UHGV virus genome: UHGV-0170778
Reading direction: 5' to 3' (one strand)
Length of the DNA stretch: 64,000 nt
Origin: a virus
A model generated the notes under the pieces. It made no database searches, was not told the DNA's origin, and worked only from the letters and a program-made list of their open reading frames with translations. A program made the translations under genes and the position numbers. Positions 38,675 to 47,276 of this stretch are shown in pieces. Each line of letters opens with the position of its first letter. Position 1 is the first letter of the stretch.

Positions 38675-40000
38675 ATGGCAAAGAATAATTCTATATTAGG
38701 CACATTCAGCGGTGAATGCGCCGATTCTGCTATTACTAACTTGAATGGGATGGACATTAGCAGAGAAGTATTTGAAAAACTATTTGAGTCTGATGAATAT
38801 AAAAAAGCATTAGAGTGTAAACAGTACATCGGATTTTTAGGACATCCAGAAGACCCTGATTGTCAAGATTACAAAGATGCTTGCATTACAATGACAGATT
38901 GCAGAATTGATGATGACGGCAAAGTTTATGGTGATTTTGATCTAATTGACACACCTACAGGACGAGTTGTAAAGGCATTTATCGACGCAGGTGTAAAGTT
39001 TGGCATTTCTATCAGAGGTGCAGGCGACTTAATTGGAAATTCAGTAGACCCAGATACTTTTGTATTTAGAGGCTTTGACTTAGTTTCATTTCCTGCTTAT
39101 CCAGACGCTATTCCTACATTTACAGAAATAGCAGCTTCAACAGATATGCAAAAACGAAAGAAATATCAGAAAGTATGCAAGTCACTTAAAGATAACCTAT
39201 CTTCTATTACAAGTTCCTCTGCAATAGATGTAATGAAGTCTCAATTTGCTCCACAGTCTGATGAATATAAATCACTTCAAGATAGAGAAGATGAACTTTC
39301 TAAAAATTCTGTAGTTGATATAGATGACGATATGGAAGAAATCTATGCAGAAAAAGTTCGTGACTTAGTAGATGCTTATGTAGAAGAGCACGAAAAAGCA
39401 GAGTCTGCTCTATCCGAACTTGATAGAGTTAGAAAAAGATCAAAGGATGAGCTTGATCAGTCTCAGAGAGTATCTAACCGCATAAAAAGAATTGCAAGTT
39501 CTCAGCTTGCTTCTGTTAAACAAGAAGTTGTAAAAGCAAATAAACAGATAGATTCTTTGAAATCTAAAATAATTGCAACCAGAAATGCCAACCTTATATA
39601 CGAACAAGAGATAGAGAAACAGAAGAAAAAGATTTCTGAACAGACACAGATTATTTCTAGTTTGAAGGCTTATCGCTCTGAAACCGTCTTAGCGAAAAAA
39701 GAACTTCAGTCTAGAACATCTAACTTAGATGCAGAGAATAAGAAGTTGATGTCAGAAAAAGCATCTCTTGAAAAGGTAATCGCAAGTTACCAAGACGCAT
39801 TTGCTAGCTTATATGCGTTAAACATCGGTGCTAATCTAAATGATTCTGTTACAGTAACTGCTTCAACAAGTGTACAAGAGTTAAAATCTATGATAAACAA
39901 ATGTTCACATGGTAAGCAGATTTCGAAATCAAATTCAGTATATGCTTCAGCTTCAATAGAAGATGTAGCAGATAATGACGAAAATTTGATTTGTCTATGA
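38675..40000 (+). CDS. putative prohead protease / scaffolding fusion protein
   Basis: The N-terminal approximately 150-aa domain (LGHPED ... GVKFGISIRGAGD) resembles the His/Ser region of HK97-type prohead proteases. The C-terminal approximately 250 aa is charged coiled coil (scaffold-like). It sits immediately upstream of the capsid candidate. Confidence 0.45.
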   Translation: MAKNNSILGTFSGECADSAITNLNGMDISREVFEKLFESDEYKKALECKQYIGFLGHPEDPDCQDYKDACITMTDCRIDDDGKVYGDFDLIDTPTGRVVKAFIDAGVKFGISIRGAGDLIGNSVDPDTFVFRGFDLVSFPAYPDAIPTFTEIAASTDMQKRKKYQKVCKSLKDNLSSITSSSAIDVMKSQFAPQSDEYKSLQDREDELSKNSVVDIDDDMEEIYAEKVRDLVDAYVEEHEKAESALSELDRVRKRSKDELDQSQRVSNRIKRIASSQLASVKQEVVKANKQIDSLKSKIIATRNANLIYEQEIEKQKKKISEQTQIISSLKAYRSETVLAKKELQSRTSNLDAENKKLMSEKASLEKVIASYQDAFASLYALNIGANLNDSVTVTASTSVQELKSMINKCSHGKQISKSNSVYASASIEDVADNDENLICL

Positions 40001-40047
40001 TTCTATCTTCAATAAAATTTTAATATATTTATAGGAGTGTAAATAAA

Positions 40048-41511
40048 ATGGCTATCAAAAGAACAAGCTATGCGCCTACACAGCGCACTCGTAGACCTGT
40101 TACTGCCAGCCAGAGCATTACCTCCGGTGCTACTCGTCGTCAGTCAGCTCCTTCTAAGGTGATGGCTAACATGCAGCAGCTTTCTCCGGAGAAGCGCGCC
40201 TTTGCTCGTCAGCTGATTTCTAATACTCAGCGTCAGTCAAAGATTATGGCAGCTACAAACACATCAAACATCATGGCTAAGCCCGAGTTCATGGACCTTC
40301 TGCCTCTGTTCGTTCAGAAGCTGATTGTTGCTGATGTATTCGGTACTGTAGCAATGAGATCTCGTCAGCAGATTATCCCTTATTTCAAGGTAACTGCTGA
40401 GAACACAAAGGGCGAGACTCAGGCTAACACAATCCTGAACAGCCCGATGGTAAACCGTCAGGGTAGAGATGCAAATTATTCTAGCAATATTGTTAAGAAT
40501 GAGATTGTTGCTTCTGCTACTGGTTCTTTCCAGACTGCAAACCTGATGTATACTCCAGTACTTCCTGGTTCTGTTACTGTTTCTGCTAATCTTGCAGCTG
40601 GTGTTAAGAAGTATTTCGATGACCGTACTGGTAAATTAGTAGATGCTGAGGGTAGAGACAAAGGCACTATTGAATATGCAACTGGTAAAATCAACTTGAC
40701 TACTCCTGAAACACTTGCCTCTGGTGATTCTGTTACCGCTACTTACATGTATGATAATGAGACTGTAGGTCCTCATCCGACTTCCGACACTACTCTTGAC
40801 CATGGTCAGTATGGTGCTCGTATGGGCAAGTTGTCACTTCAGTTAGATGAATTCGACATGAAAGCTACTGCTCATCAGCTTGCTTGCTATTGGAGTGTTT
40901 ACTCTGCATTTGCTGCTCAGAATGAGTATGGTGCTTCTGTTGCTGATATGGCTCGTGAAGCTGCTATGTCTGAGATCACTGCTGAGATTAACACAGAAGG
41001 CTTCCAGCTGTTGAAGAATGCTTCAATGTATCAGCCTCAGTTCAACTGGGATGCAGCTCCTGTACTGTCTGGCTCTGTTGTTCCTTCTGATTACTTGAAC
41101 ATGTTCAAGCTGAAGCTGAACCAGGCTGCTGCTAGTGTATATCAGGCAACTAACCTTGCTCGTCCGAACAGACTTGTAGTTGGTACTAACGCTGCTGAGT
41201 ACATGGCAATGATTAACGGCTTCCAGGCAGATAGCATTGAAGATACCGTTGGTCCTTATCATTTCGGTAAACTTGACCAGTTCGAGATCTATGTTGATCC
41301 GTCTTATGATCCCAATGAGTGGGTTATGGCTTGTAAATCTAATGATATTCGTCGTAACTCAGCATTGTTCGGTGAATATATGCCGCTTACATCTACCGAT
41401 GCAATTGGTCTTGCAGATGCTTCTGTTCAGCAGGGTATCGTGTCAATGTACGGTATGAAGGTGGTCAATGCGGCCAGCGTAGTTAGCGGTAAAATTATCG
41501 GCACTTTCTAA
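40048..41511 (+). CDS. putative major capsid protein
   Basis: 487 aa, position after protease/scaffold. GC content and codon usage (cgt, ctg, gct) are markedly shifted versus surrounding genes, as expected for a very highly expressed gene. A terminator follows. Confidence 0.5.
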   Translation: MAIKRTSYAPTQRTRRPVTASQSITSGATRRQSAPSKVMANMQQLSPEKRAFARQLISNTQRQSKIMAATNTSNIMAKPEFMDLLPLFVQKLIVADVFGTVAMRSRQQIIPYFKVTAENTKGETQANTILNSPMVNRQGRDANYSSNIVKNEIVASATGSFQTANLMYTPVLPGSVTVSANLAAGVKKYFDDRTGKLVDAEGRDKGTIEYATGKINLTTPETLASGDSVTATYMYDNETVGPHPTSDTTLDHGQYGARMGKLSLQLDEFDMKATAHQLACYWSVYSAFAAQNEYGASVADMAREAAMSEITAEINTEGFQLLKNASMYQPQFNWDAAPVLSGSVVPSDYLNMFKLKLNQAAASVYQATNLARPNRLVVGTNAAEYMAMINGFQADSIEDTVGPYHFGKLDQFEIYVDPSYDPNEWVMACKSNDIRRNSALFGEYMPLTSTDAIGLADASVQQGIVSMYGMKVVNAASVVSGKIIGTF

Positions 41512-41564
41512 GTCAGCGAAGGCTTAGATAAAATATTTCAATAACTCAATAATTTCTCTCGATT

Positions 41565-41598
41565 TAGCTGCTCTTTCATTAGGGCAGCTATTTTTATG
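41565..41598 (+). terminator. rho-independent terminator after capsid gene
   Basis: tagctgc / gcagcta stem, followed by tttttatgtg. Confidence 0.45.
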
Positions 41599-41666
41599 TG
41601 TAAATTTCGTTAAATAACCTTTATTAAATCGTTATAATAGTTGTAATGGTAGTAAAGGTGGTTTAT

Positions 41667-43280
41667 ATGACTAAAATATGTGCAGAATGCGGGAAAGAAT
41701 TTGAAGGAAAAGGAAAACAAAAGTATTGTAATAGAAAACACTATAGAAAATGTGTTATATGCGGGCAGAATTTTGAAATTTCGCGAGATCAACTTCAAAA
41801 TGGAGACCAAAGGAGAACCTGTTCTAAAAAATGCACTATAGAGCTTAGAAAACAAACTAATACTAAGAAGTATGGAGGCGTAGCTCCGGCGTGTTCAGAA
41901 TCTGTTAGAGAAAAGATGCAATCTACTACCTTAGAAAGATATGGAGTGAAGCATGCAGCGCAAGCTGATATTTTCAAAGAGAAGTCAAAGCAAACAGCTC
42001 TATCTAAGTATGGTGTTGAATATTATGCAAAAACAGACGAAAGCAAACAAAAACTAACGGAACGATGGAGAGACGAAGAATATAAACGCAAAGTTGTTTC
42101 TAAAATAGCAGCTACAAATCTTGAGAGATATGGGTTTAGAAGTTCTATGCAGTCATTAGATGTTCAATTACGAAATGTAACATCTAAGATGACAGATTCA
42201 TCTAAATATCAAACCTTTCTGAAATTCAAAAAGAATCCAAGAGAAGTTATAGAAAGTTTAGAATTAGACCATAAACCTACTTTATATGAATTAACTTCAT
42301 ATATAGGAGTAAACGAAAGCACTGTCGGTGTATATATACATTTGAATAATTGCGAAGATTTGATTTCCCATAGATCTTCTATTATGGAAACTGATGTTGT
42401 TGCTTTTTTGAAAGAATTAGATCCGGAAATTGTCATATCTAGATGTGATAGAACTATCATTTCTCCATATGAAATAGACATCTACTTACCTGAATACAAA
42501 ATAGGGATAGAATGTAACCCAACAGCTACACATAATGTAGATATAAATGTGTTCGACAATAGTAAACCTACAATGTCCATAAGTTACCATCAAATGAAAA
42601 CTAACATGTGTGAAGATAAGGGTGTACGATTGATTCACATATTTGGATATGAATGGAAATATAAACAAAAAATATTAAAATCTATAATCAGCAATGCTTT
42701 ATGTAAGAACAAAAATAGAATATATGCAAGAAAATGCGAGATACGAAAAGTAGACAGTTATGAATGTTCTAAATTTCTAAATGAAAATCATCGACAAGGG
42801 AAAGTAGGTTCGTCTGTAAGATTAGGGCTGTATTTTGAAAATAAACTAGTTTCTATAATGACATTTGGAAAATTAAGAAAAACTATAGGCTCAAATGGAG
42901 ACGGGTATGAACTGTTAAGATTCTGTTCCACTCTAAATACATGTGTTGTTGGTGGTGCAAGTAAACTGTTTAATTATTTCATAAAAACATACAGTCCAAA
43001 TTATATTAGATCTTTTTCAGATAGAGCACATACAACAGGAAATATTTACAAATTATTAGGTTTTGTAGAAGTTAATAGAAGCACTCCTGGATATTGTTGG
43101 GTGAATATCAATACAGAAAAAGCATATCATAGAATGAATGCACAGAAACATAATATAAAGAAATTTCTAAATGATGATAGCATTGATCTATCTAAGTCAG
43201 AACGAGAAATAATGACAGAACATAGATTCGCTAGAGTATTTGATTCAGGTACAATTACATGGGAATGGCATTCTATATAG
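41667..43280 (+). CDS. homing-endonuclease-like protein, paralogue C
   Basis: CAECGKEF..CVICGQNF..CSKKC zinc ribbon, 4-5 KYGV-type repeats (ERYGVKHAAQ, SKYGVEYYAK, ERYGFRSSMQ), IGIECNPTATHN...YHQMKT...GVRLIHIFGYEW core, and C-terminal IYARKCEIRKVD...NHRQG...VVGGASKLF. Start moved to MTKICAECG, which has an AAAGGTGG RBS. Confidence 0.6.
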   Translation: MTKICAECGKEFEGKGKQKYCNRKHYRKCVICGQNFEISRDQLQNGDQRRTCSKKCTIELRKQTNTKKYGGVAPACSESVREKMQSTTLERYGVKHAAQADIFKEKSKQTALSKYGVEYYAKTDESKQKLTERWRDEEYKRKVVSKIAATNLERYGFRSSMQSLDVQLRNVTSKMTDSSKYQTFLKFKKNPREVIESLELDHKPTLYELTSYIGVNESTVGVYIHLNNCEDLISHRSSIMETDVVAFLKELDPEIVISRCDRTIISPYEIDIYLPEYKIGIECNPTATHNVDINVFDNSKPTMSISYHQMKTNMCEDKGVRLIHIFGYEWKYKQKILKSIISNALCKNKNRIYARKCEIRKVDSYECSKFLNENHRQGKVGSSVRLGLYFENKLVSIMTFGKLRKTIGSNGDGYELLRFCSTLNTCVVGGASKLFNYFIKTYSPNYIRSFSDRAHTTGNIYKLLGFVEVNRSTPGYCWVNINTEKAYHRMNAQKHNIKKFLNDDSIDLSKSEREIMTEHRFARVFDSGTITWEWHSI

Positions 43281-43426
43281 GGAATAGTAATCGTTCAAAA
43301 TATGGTGCAGATTGGTTCACACATACCAATAAATATGTAAAAGTAGAAAAAGAAACTTGTATATACATTCAGAATTCTAATTTTGTTATTTCTATACCCA
43401 AAATATTAAGAAACTATTAAGAAGAC

Positions 43427-43455
43427 TTGAAATTATATCAATATTTCGTTATAAT
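43427..43455 (+). promoter_or_regulatory. sigma-A-type promoter (cassette copy 4, no obvious upstream hairpin)
   Basis: TTGAAA - 17 bp - TATAAT within ccaaaatattaagaaactattaagaagacttgaaattatatcaatatttcgttataatat. Confidence 0.55.
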
Positions 43456-43512
43456 ATAGGTAGTCAGGTAGATAAAAAGTAACAAACTACATGAATTATA
43501 GGAGATTTACAA

Positions 43513-43773
43513 ATGAAAGAAATCAGACTTATTTCTAGTGTTAAAGTTCGGAATGCATGTGTTGAGCATAACTGGTTCACTTGTGGTAGCCAAGAAGAAT
43601 ACGAAATATTCTCAGAACATATCTATAAACTGGACCTTGAAACTAGAAATATAACAACTAATCGACTTGAACACATTGCAAAGAAAATTAAACAATATAG
43701 CGATACAGAGTACGATGTAGCAGCTATTATGTTTGTCTTAGCCAATGATTGTTGTAAGTCTTATTTCAGATAA
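43513..43773 (+). CDS. hypothetical small protein
   Basis: 86 aa, AGGAGAT RBS. Confidence 0.45.
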   Translation: MKEIRLISSVKVRNACVEHNWFTCGSQEEYEIFSEHIYKLDLETRNITTNRLEHIAKKIKQYSDTEYDVAAIMFVLANDCCKSYFR

Positions 43774-43836
43774 GCACAAGTACATCTTCTGCTATATATT
43801 GACACAGTTATTCAATTTTCAAGAAAGGTTACACAT

Positions 43837-44427
43837 ATGAATGTAATACTTAACAACATGATGAAGGTAGAACTTAATATACCTAGAGATCATCTGAATG
43901 CTAAAAATACAATACATGAATTGTTAGCCAACTATACTGAATTCCATTGCGATGAATCTGTAGAAACTGCAAGTCTCAGTAAAGTGTATTTTCAATCATG
44001 TCCGGAGTGTTCTAAACGATATATTCGTTCTGCTGTTTTAGAGCCTATTAACATTGGTGGAACATCATGGTATATGTATGTAAGTATAGAAGAGGAAACT
44101 AAATACAAAGATTTTGATTTTGAATACTTTTCATTGAAGGATATTATTTCCTCTGCAAATAATTCTAAGCTGCCTCTTAGACTGATAGGCTATAATTTGC
44201 AAGGTATGGACTTTGAAGGTATGGATTTGTCTTGTTGGGCACTTATCGGATGTAATTTGAAGAATGCTAAATTCAACAACTGTAATTTACAAGATGTAGT
44301 GTTTACTGGCTGTGATATGACTCGTACAGATATGTATGGAGCTAATACAGAAACTATTAAAGTAAACATGTGCAATTTAGACGAACTAATTCACGACCAC
44401 AATTTAGAAATAAAACAAACGATCTAA
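43837..44427 (+). CDS. pentapeptide-repeat-containing protein
   Basis: The C-terminal half carries about 11 pentapeptides: LIGYN LQGMD FEGMD LSCWA LIGCN LKNAK FNNCN LQDVV FTGCD MTRTD MYGAN. Confidence 0.55.
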   Translation: MNVILNNMMKVELNIPRDHLNAKNTIHELLANYTEFHCDESVETASLSKVYFQSCPECSKRYIRSAVLEPINIGGTSWYMYVSIEEETKYKDFDFEYFSLKDIISSANNSKLPLRLIGYNLQGMDFEGMDLSCWALIGCNLKNAKFNNCNLQDVVFTGCDMTRTDMYGANTETIKVNMCNLDELIHDHNLEIKQTI

Positions 44428-44463
44428 TATTTTTATTTCGTTATTTATATCAGGAGGGATGTT

Positions 44464-44688
44464 ATGAAAACAGAAAATGTAAATCATCCAAGTCACTATA
44501 CACAAGGAAATATAGAGGTAATTGATATCATTCAGTCAGTTACTAAAGACTTGAAAGGTGAACAAGCATTCTGTATTGGAAATGCAATCAAGTACATTGC
44601 TAGATTCAATTACAAAAATGGTGCAGAAGATCTAAAGAAAGCTATTTGGTACATTGAACGAACGATTAAAACTTTGAAGGAGGACTAA
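44464..44688 (+). CDS. DUF3310-like phage protein
   Basis: N-terminal VNHPSHYTQGNIEVIDII resembles the NHPxHY...IExID signature of the phage DUF3310 family. Confidence 0.45.
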   Translation: MKTENVNHPSHYTQGNIEVIDIIQSVTKDLKGEQAFCIGNAIKYIARFNYKNGAEDLKKAIWYIERTIKTLKED

Positions 44689-44689
44689 T

Positions 44690-45076
44690 ATGTCAAAATC
44701 ATTTTATACTCAAGAACAGATAAATCAAGTTATTGAACTCTACAAAGATAGGACTAAATCAATTAAAGAAATTGCAGATATTGCAAATGTATGTGCATCT
44801 TCTGTTAGCAGAATAGCTGCTGAAGCTGGACTTCCTCTTCGGCATCCTAAGAATGCTAAAGTAGTATGTCAGAAATGTGGGCATGTTTGTGAAAATGAAG
44901 CGAAGTTTTGTTCTATGTGTGGTGCTGAGATTTTAAGTCCAAAGAGAAGTGCGATAAAAGCATCCAAATCACTATATCGCCTTGTGCCTTCTATGCCTAG
45001 CTCTATACGAGAAAAAGTAGATGAATACATTAAAATCATTGATCATTACATTGCAAACTCAAAGGAGGCGAAATAA
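44690..45076 (+). CDS. putative DNA-binding regulator (HTH + zinc ribbon)
   Basis: IKEIADIANVCASSVSRIA is helix-turn-helix-like, followed by CQKCGHVC...CSMCGAEI. Confidence 0.4.
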   Translation: MSKSFYTQEQINQVIELYKDRTKSIKEIADIANVCASSVSRIAAEAGLPLRHPKNAKVVCQKCGHVCENEAKFCSMCGAEILSPKRSAIKASKSLYRLVPSMPSSIREKVDEYIKIIDHYIANSKEAK

Positions 45077-45078
45077 GA

Positions 45079-45282
45079 GTGATTTGTCCTAAATGTGGTA
45101 GCGAAGATATTTGCGTAATTGATACAAGATCTTATGAAGGATCTGTATTCAGAAAGAGAAAATGTAAAACATGTAAAGCTAAATTCTGCACAGAAGAGTA
45201 TGTTATGTGTGATAACACAGAATACAATGCTGCATGTGTTGCATTGAAACATGCTCGGGAAGATAAAAAGAAAGACATTTAG
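45079..45282 (+). CDS. NrdR-like zinc-ribbon mini-protein (no ATP cone)
   Basis: MICPKCGSEDICVIDTRSYEGSVFRKRKCKTCKAKFCTEEY aligns with the NrdR N-terminus (MxCPFC...VIDSR..EG.SxRRRRxCxxCxxRFTTxE). The protein ends after 67 aa, where the ATP cone would begin. Confidence 0.5.
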   Translation: MICPKCGSEDICVIDTRSYEGSVFRKRKCKTCKAKFCTEEYVMCDNTEYNAACVALKHAREDKKKDI

Positions 45283-45285
45283 AGA

Positions 45286-45537
45286 ATGTATTATGTAATT
45301 CATGTTGAATTAACCAAGAAAGGCATTTCTAATAAATCTGAATGGGTGATAGACGAATTCTTTTCTGAGGAAGACTTACTAACTTACATTCGTAATCATC
45401 TAAATGCTTGGAAATACAAATTCAGACGCCTTAAACTATTTATGTATGAAAATGCAAAACTTGTAGGTTCGTATGAATATAAATATCTACTTGACAATCT
45501 ACTTCAAGATGTAAAAGAAGATATTGAATATAGGTAA
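45286..45537 (+). CDS. hypothetical small protein
   Basis: 83 aa. Confidence 0.4.
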   Translation: MYYVIHVELTKKGISNKSEWVIDEFFSEEDLLTYIRNHLNAWKYKFRRLKLFMYENAKLVGSYEYKYLLDNLLQDVKEDIEYR

Positions 45538-45660
45538 TATTTGCTTGCAAACACCAACCTTATATAGAAACAAGTAAAAGCCTGAGAACCTTTTACCTAT
45601 TGAGTTATTGATTTGAAAATGGTGTACACACACCAAAAATAAATACGGAGGTAAAACTTA

Positions 45661-46035
45661 ATGGCAGAGTATAAAGTAACAATTACTTACAAAGCTCTAG
45701 AAGACGAGAGAAACAAGCATATTGTTGCACCTATTTGCAGAATCTACGAACCTAATAATGCTTACATTGATATGAAAGCTTATGATGGCACTGTATATGA
45801 TACTAATGTAGATGGCTTTGGCAATGTTAGTGTTCCTGAGCCTTATGCAAGTACTTCTATCCCGTTCCCGGTTCCGCTTGCTCAGTTCAAGCTGGCTGCT
45901 GTTGGTAATGGTAACACAGTAGAGTTCAAAGTAAGCGATTATGCAGAAGCTTTCTATTACAAGCAGGTTGGTCTTGCGATGGCTTCACAGGGCTTCACAG
46001 TTGCTATTGAAGAAGTCCAAGCTCCTGGTAAGTAA
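45661..46035 (+). CDS. probable abundant virion protein
   Basis: 124 aa, GGAGGT RBS, partially GC-shifted codon usage like the capsid gene. Confidence 0.35.
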   Translation: MAEYKVTITYKALEDERNKHIVAPICRIYEPNNAYIDMKAYDGTVYDTNVDGFGNVSVPEPYASTSIPFPVPLAQFKLAAVGNGNTVEFKVSDYAEAFYYKQVGLAMASQGFTVAIEEVQAPGK

Positions 46036-46084
46036 TTAGACCTACAAGGTTAGGTTTTGTATAAATAGGCGAGGAGGCTAAAAC

Positions 46085-46795
46085 ATGAACATGGAAGAGA
46101 TTGTATCTCAAGTTAGTTTCATGTTAGGCCTACCTACTACTGAAAATAATACTAAACAGCAGATAGAGATGGGTGTAATGATTGCATTCAGAGAGTTGAA
46201 GCGATACATGAGAACACCTACTGACAAAACTGTCCCATATTCTACAAGAATAGATCTATCTGCTGTTGGTATTAAAACTCAGAAAGTGCTCAGTGTATTT
46301 GCAGCACGACCTAGAATAGGCTTAACGATGAGTTCTATTGACAGCGGAAATGTATTCCAAACAGCTGCCGCTGTAAATGTGTATAGCCAGATAGGTAACA
46401 CAGCGTCAATAAATATAGACCCGATAGTTACAGAAATGGCGATGGCACAAGTTAGAAATACACTAACTACTGATTTTCAATGGACTTATGACAGGAATAA
46501 TGATGTTGTATATGTACCTCATAGAGATCCAGTACCTTCTGAGGTAACTATTCGATATGTTCCTGAATATTCAGATGTATCTGAAATCAATTCTCCATCT
46601 TGGATTGATTATCTGATTAGAATGTCAGAAGCAAATGTTAAAAAGTCTTGGGGTAGGGCTAGATCTAAATATACTATAGAAGGATCTAATGTCACCTTAG
46701 ATGGCCAGACCCTATTAGACGAAGCAAATGCTGAACTTGAACAAATAAGATCAGAGTTAGAATCAAGTAGAAACAAGATGGTTGTTATAAACTAA
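46085..46795 (+). CDS. hypothetical (head-module?) protein
   Basis: 236 aa, GAGGAGG RBS. Confidence 0.4.
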   Translation: MNMEEIVSQVSFMLGLPTTENNTKQQIEMGVMIAFRELKRYMRTPTDKTVPYSTRIDLSAVGIKTQKVLSVFAARPRIGLTMSSIDSGNVFQTAAAVNVYSQIGNTASINIDPIVTEMAMAQVRNTLTTDFQWTYDRNNDVVYVPHRDPVPSEVTIRYVPEYSDVSEINSPSWIDYLIRMSEANVKKSWGRARSKYTIEGSNVTLDGQTLLDEANAELEQIRSELESSRNKMVVIN

Positions 46796-46814
46796 ACTAT
46801 AAAGGAGATCAAAT

Positions 46815-47180
46815 ATGTATATTCAGAAAAAACGCGCTACTAAATCTATCAAAGCTGCTGAAGACATCGATGATGTTGACATCACTGTAAATAATGCAGA
46901 TGTAGATGTAGCTCCTGAAGCTTCCGATCTTTTGTTTGAAGCAGAAGATGTAGCTCAGTTAGTTGCAGAGGTTACCGGTGACGATGTTGTTGTAGAGACT
47001 GATGACGAGGCTGATACCGTTACATTCACTGTTGGTGACGATCAGTTCGAGGTACAGCCTGACGGTGACGAGGAGATTGTTGAAGCTTCTACTCGTTTTT
47101 CTCGTAAGAAGAAAACCGTGTCCGCTTCTACTCGTCGTTCTGCTGGTCGTGCAAGAACAATTAAGCGCACTCGCAAATAA
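46815..47180 (+). CDS. acidic protein with strongly basic C-terminal tail
   Basis: 121 aa. The D/E-rich body ends in SRKKKTVSASTRRSAGRARTIKRTRK. cgt-rich codons suggest high expression. Confidence 0.45.
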   Translation: MYIQKKRATKSIKAAEDIDDVDITVNNADVDVAPEASDLLFEAEDVAQLVAEVTGDDVVVETDDEADTVTFTVGDDQFEVQPDGDEEIVEASTRFSRKKKTVSASTRRSAGRARTIKRTRK

Positions 47181-47276
47181 TTTTGTAGAAAGCTTAAATA
47201 TAAACCTAAGATATATGCGAGTGCATATACAGCAAATGCTGTATCTGTATTCGCATTTATTATTTGTGAGGTAGTT

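Noticed and set aside
43281-43512. Searched intergenic gaps (43281-43512, 45538-45660, 57238-57395, 59071-59227) for tRNA or CRISPR-like features
   Set aside because: No cloverleaf-compatible acceptor/T-arm pairs (GTTCRANYC) and no direct-repeat/spacer periodicity. The gaps are explained by the promoter cassettes and terminators.
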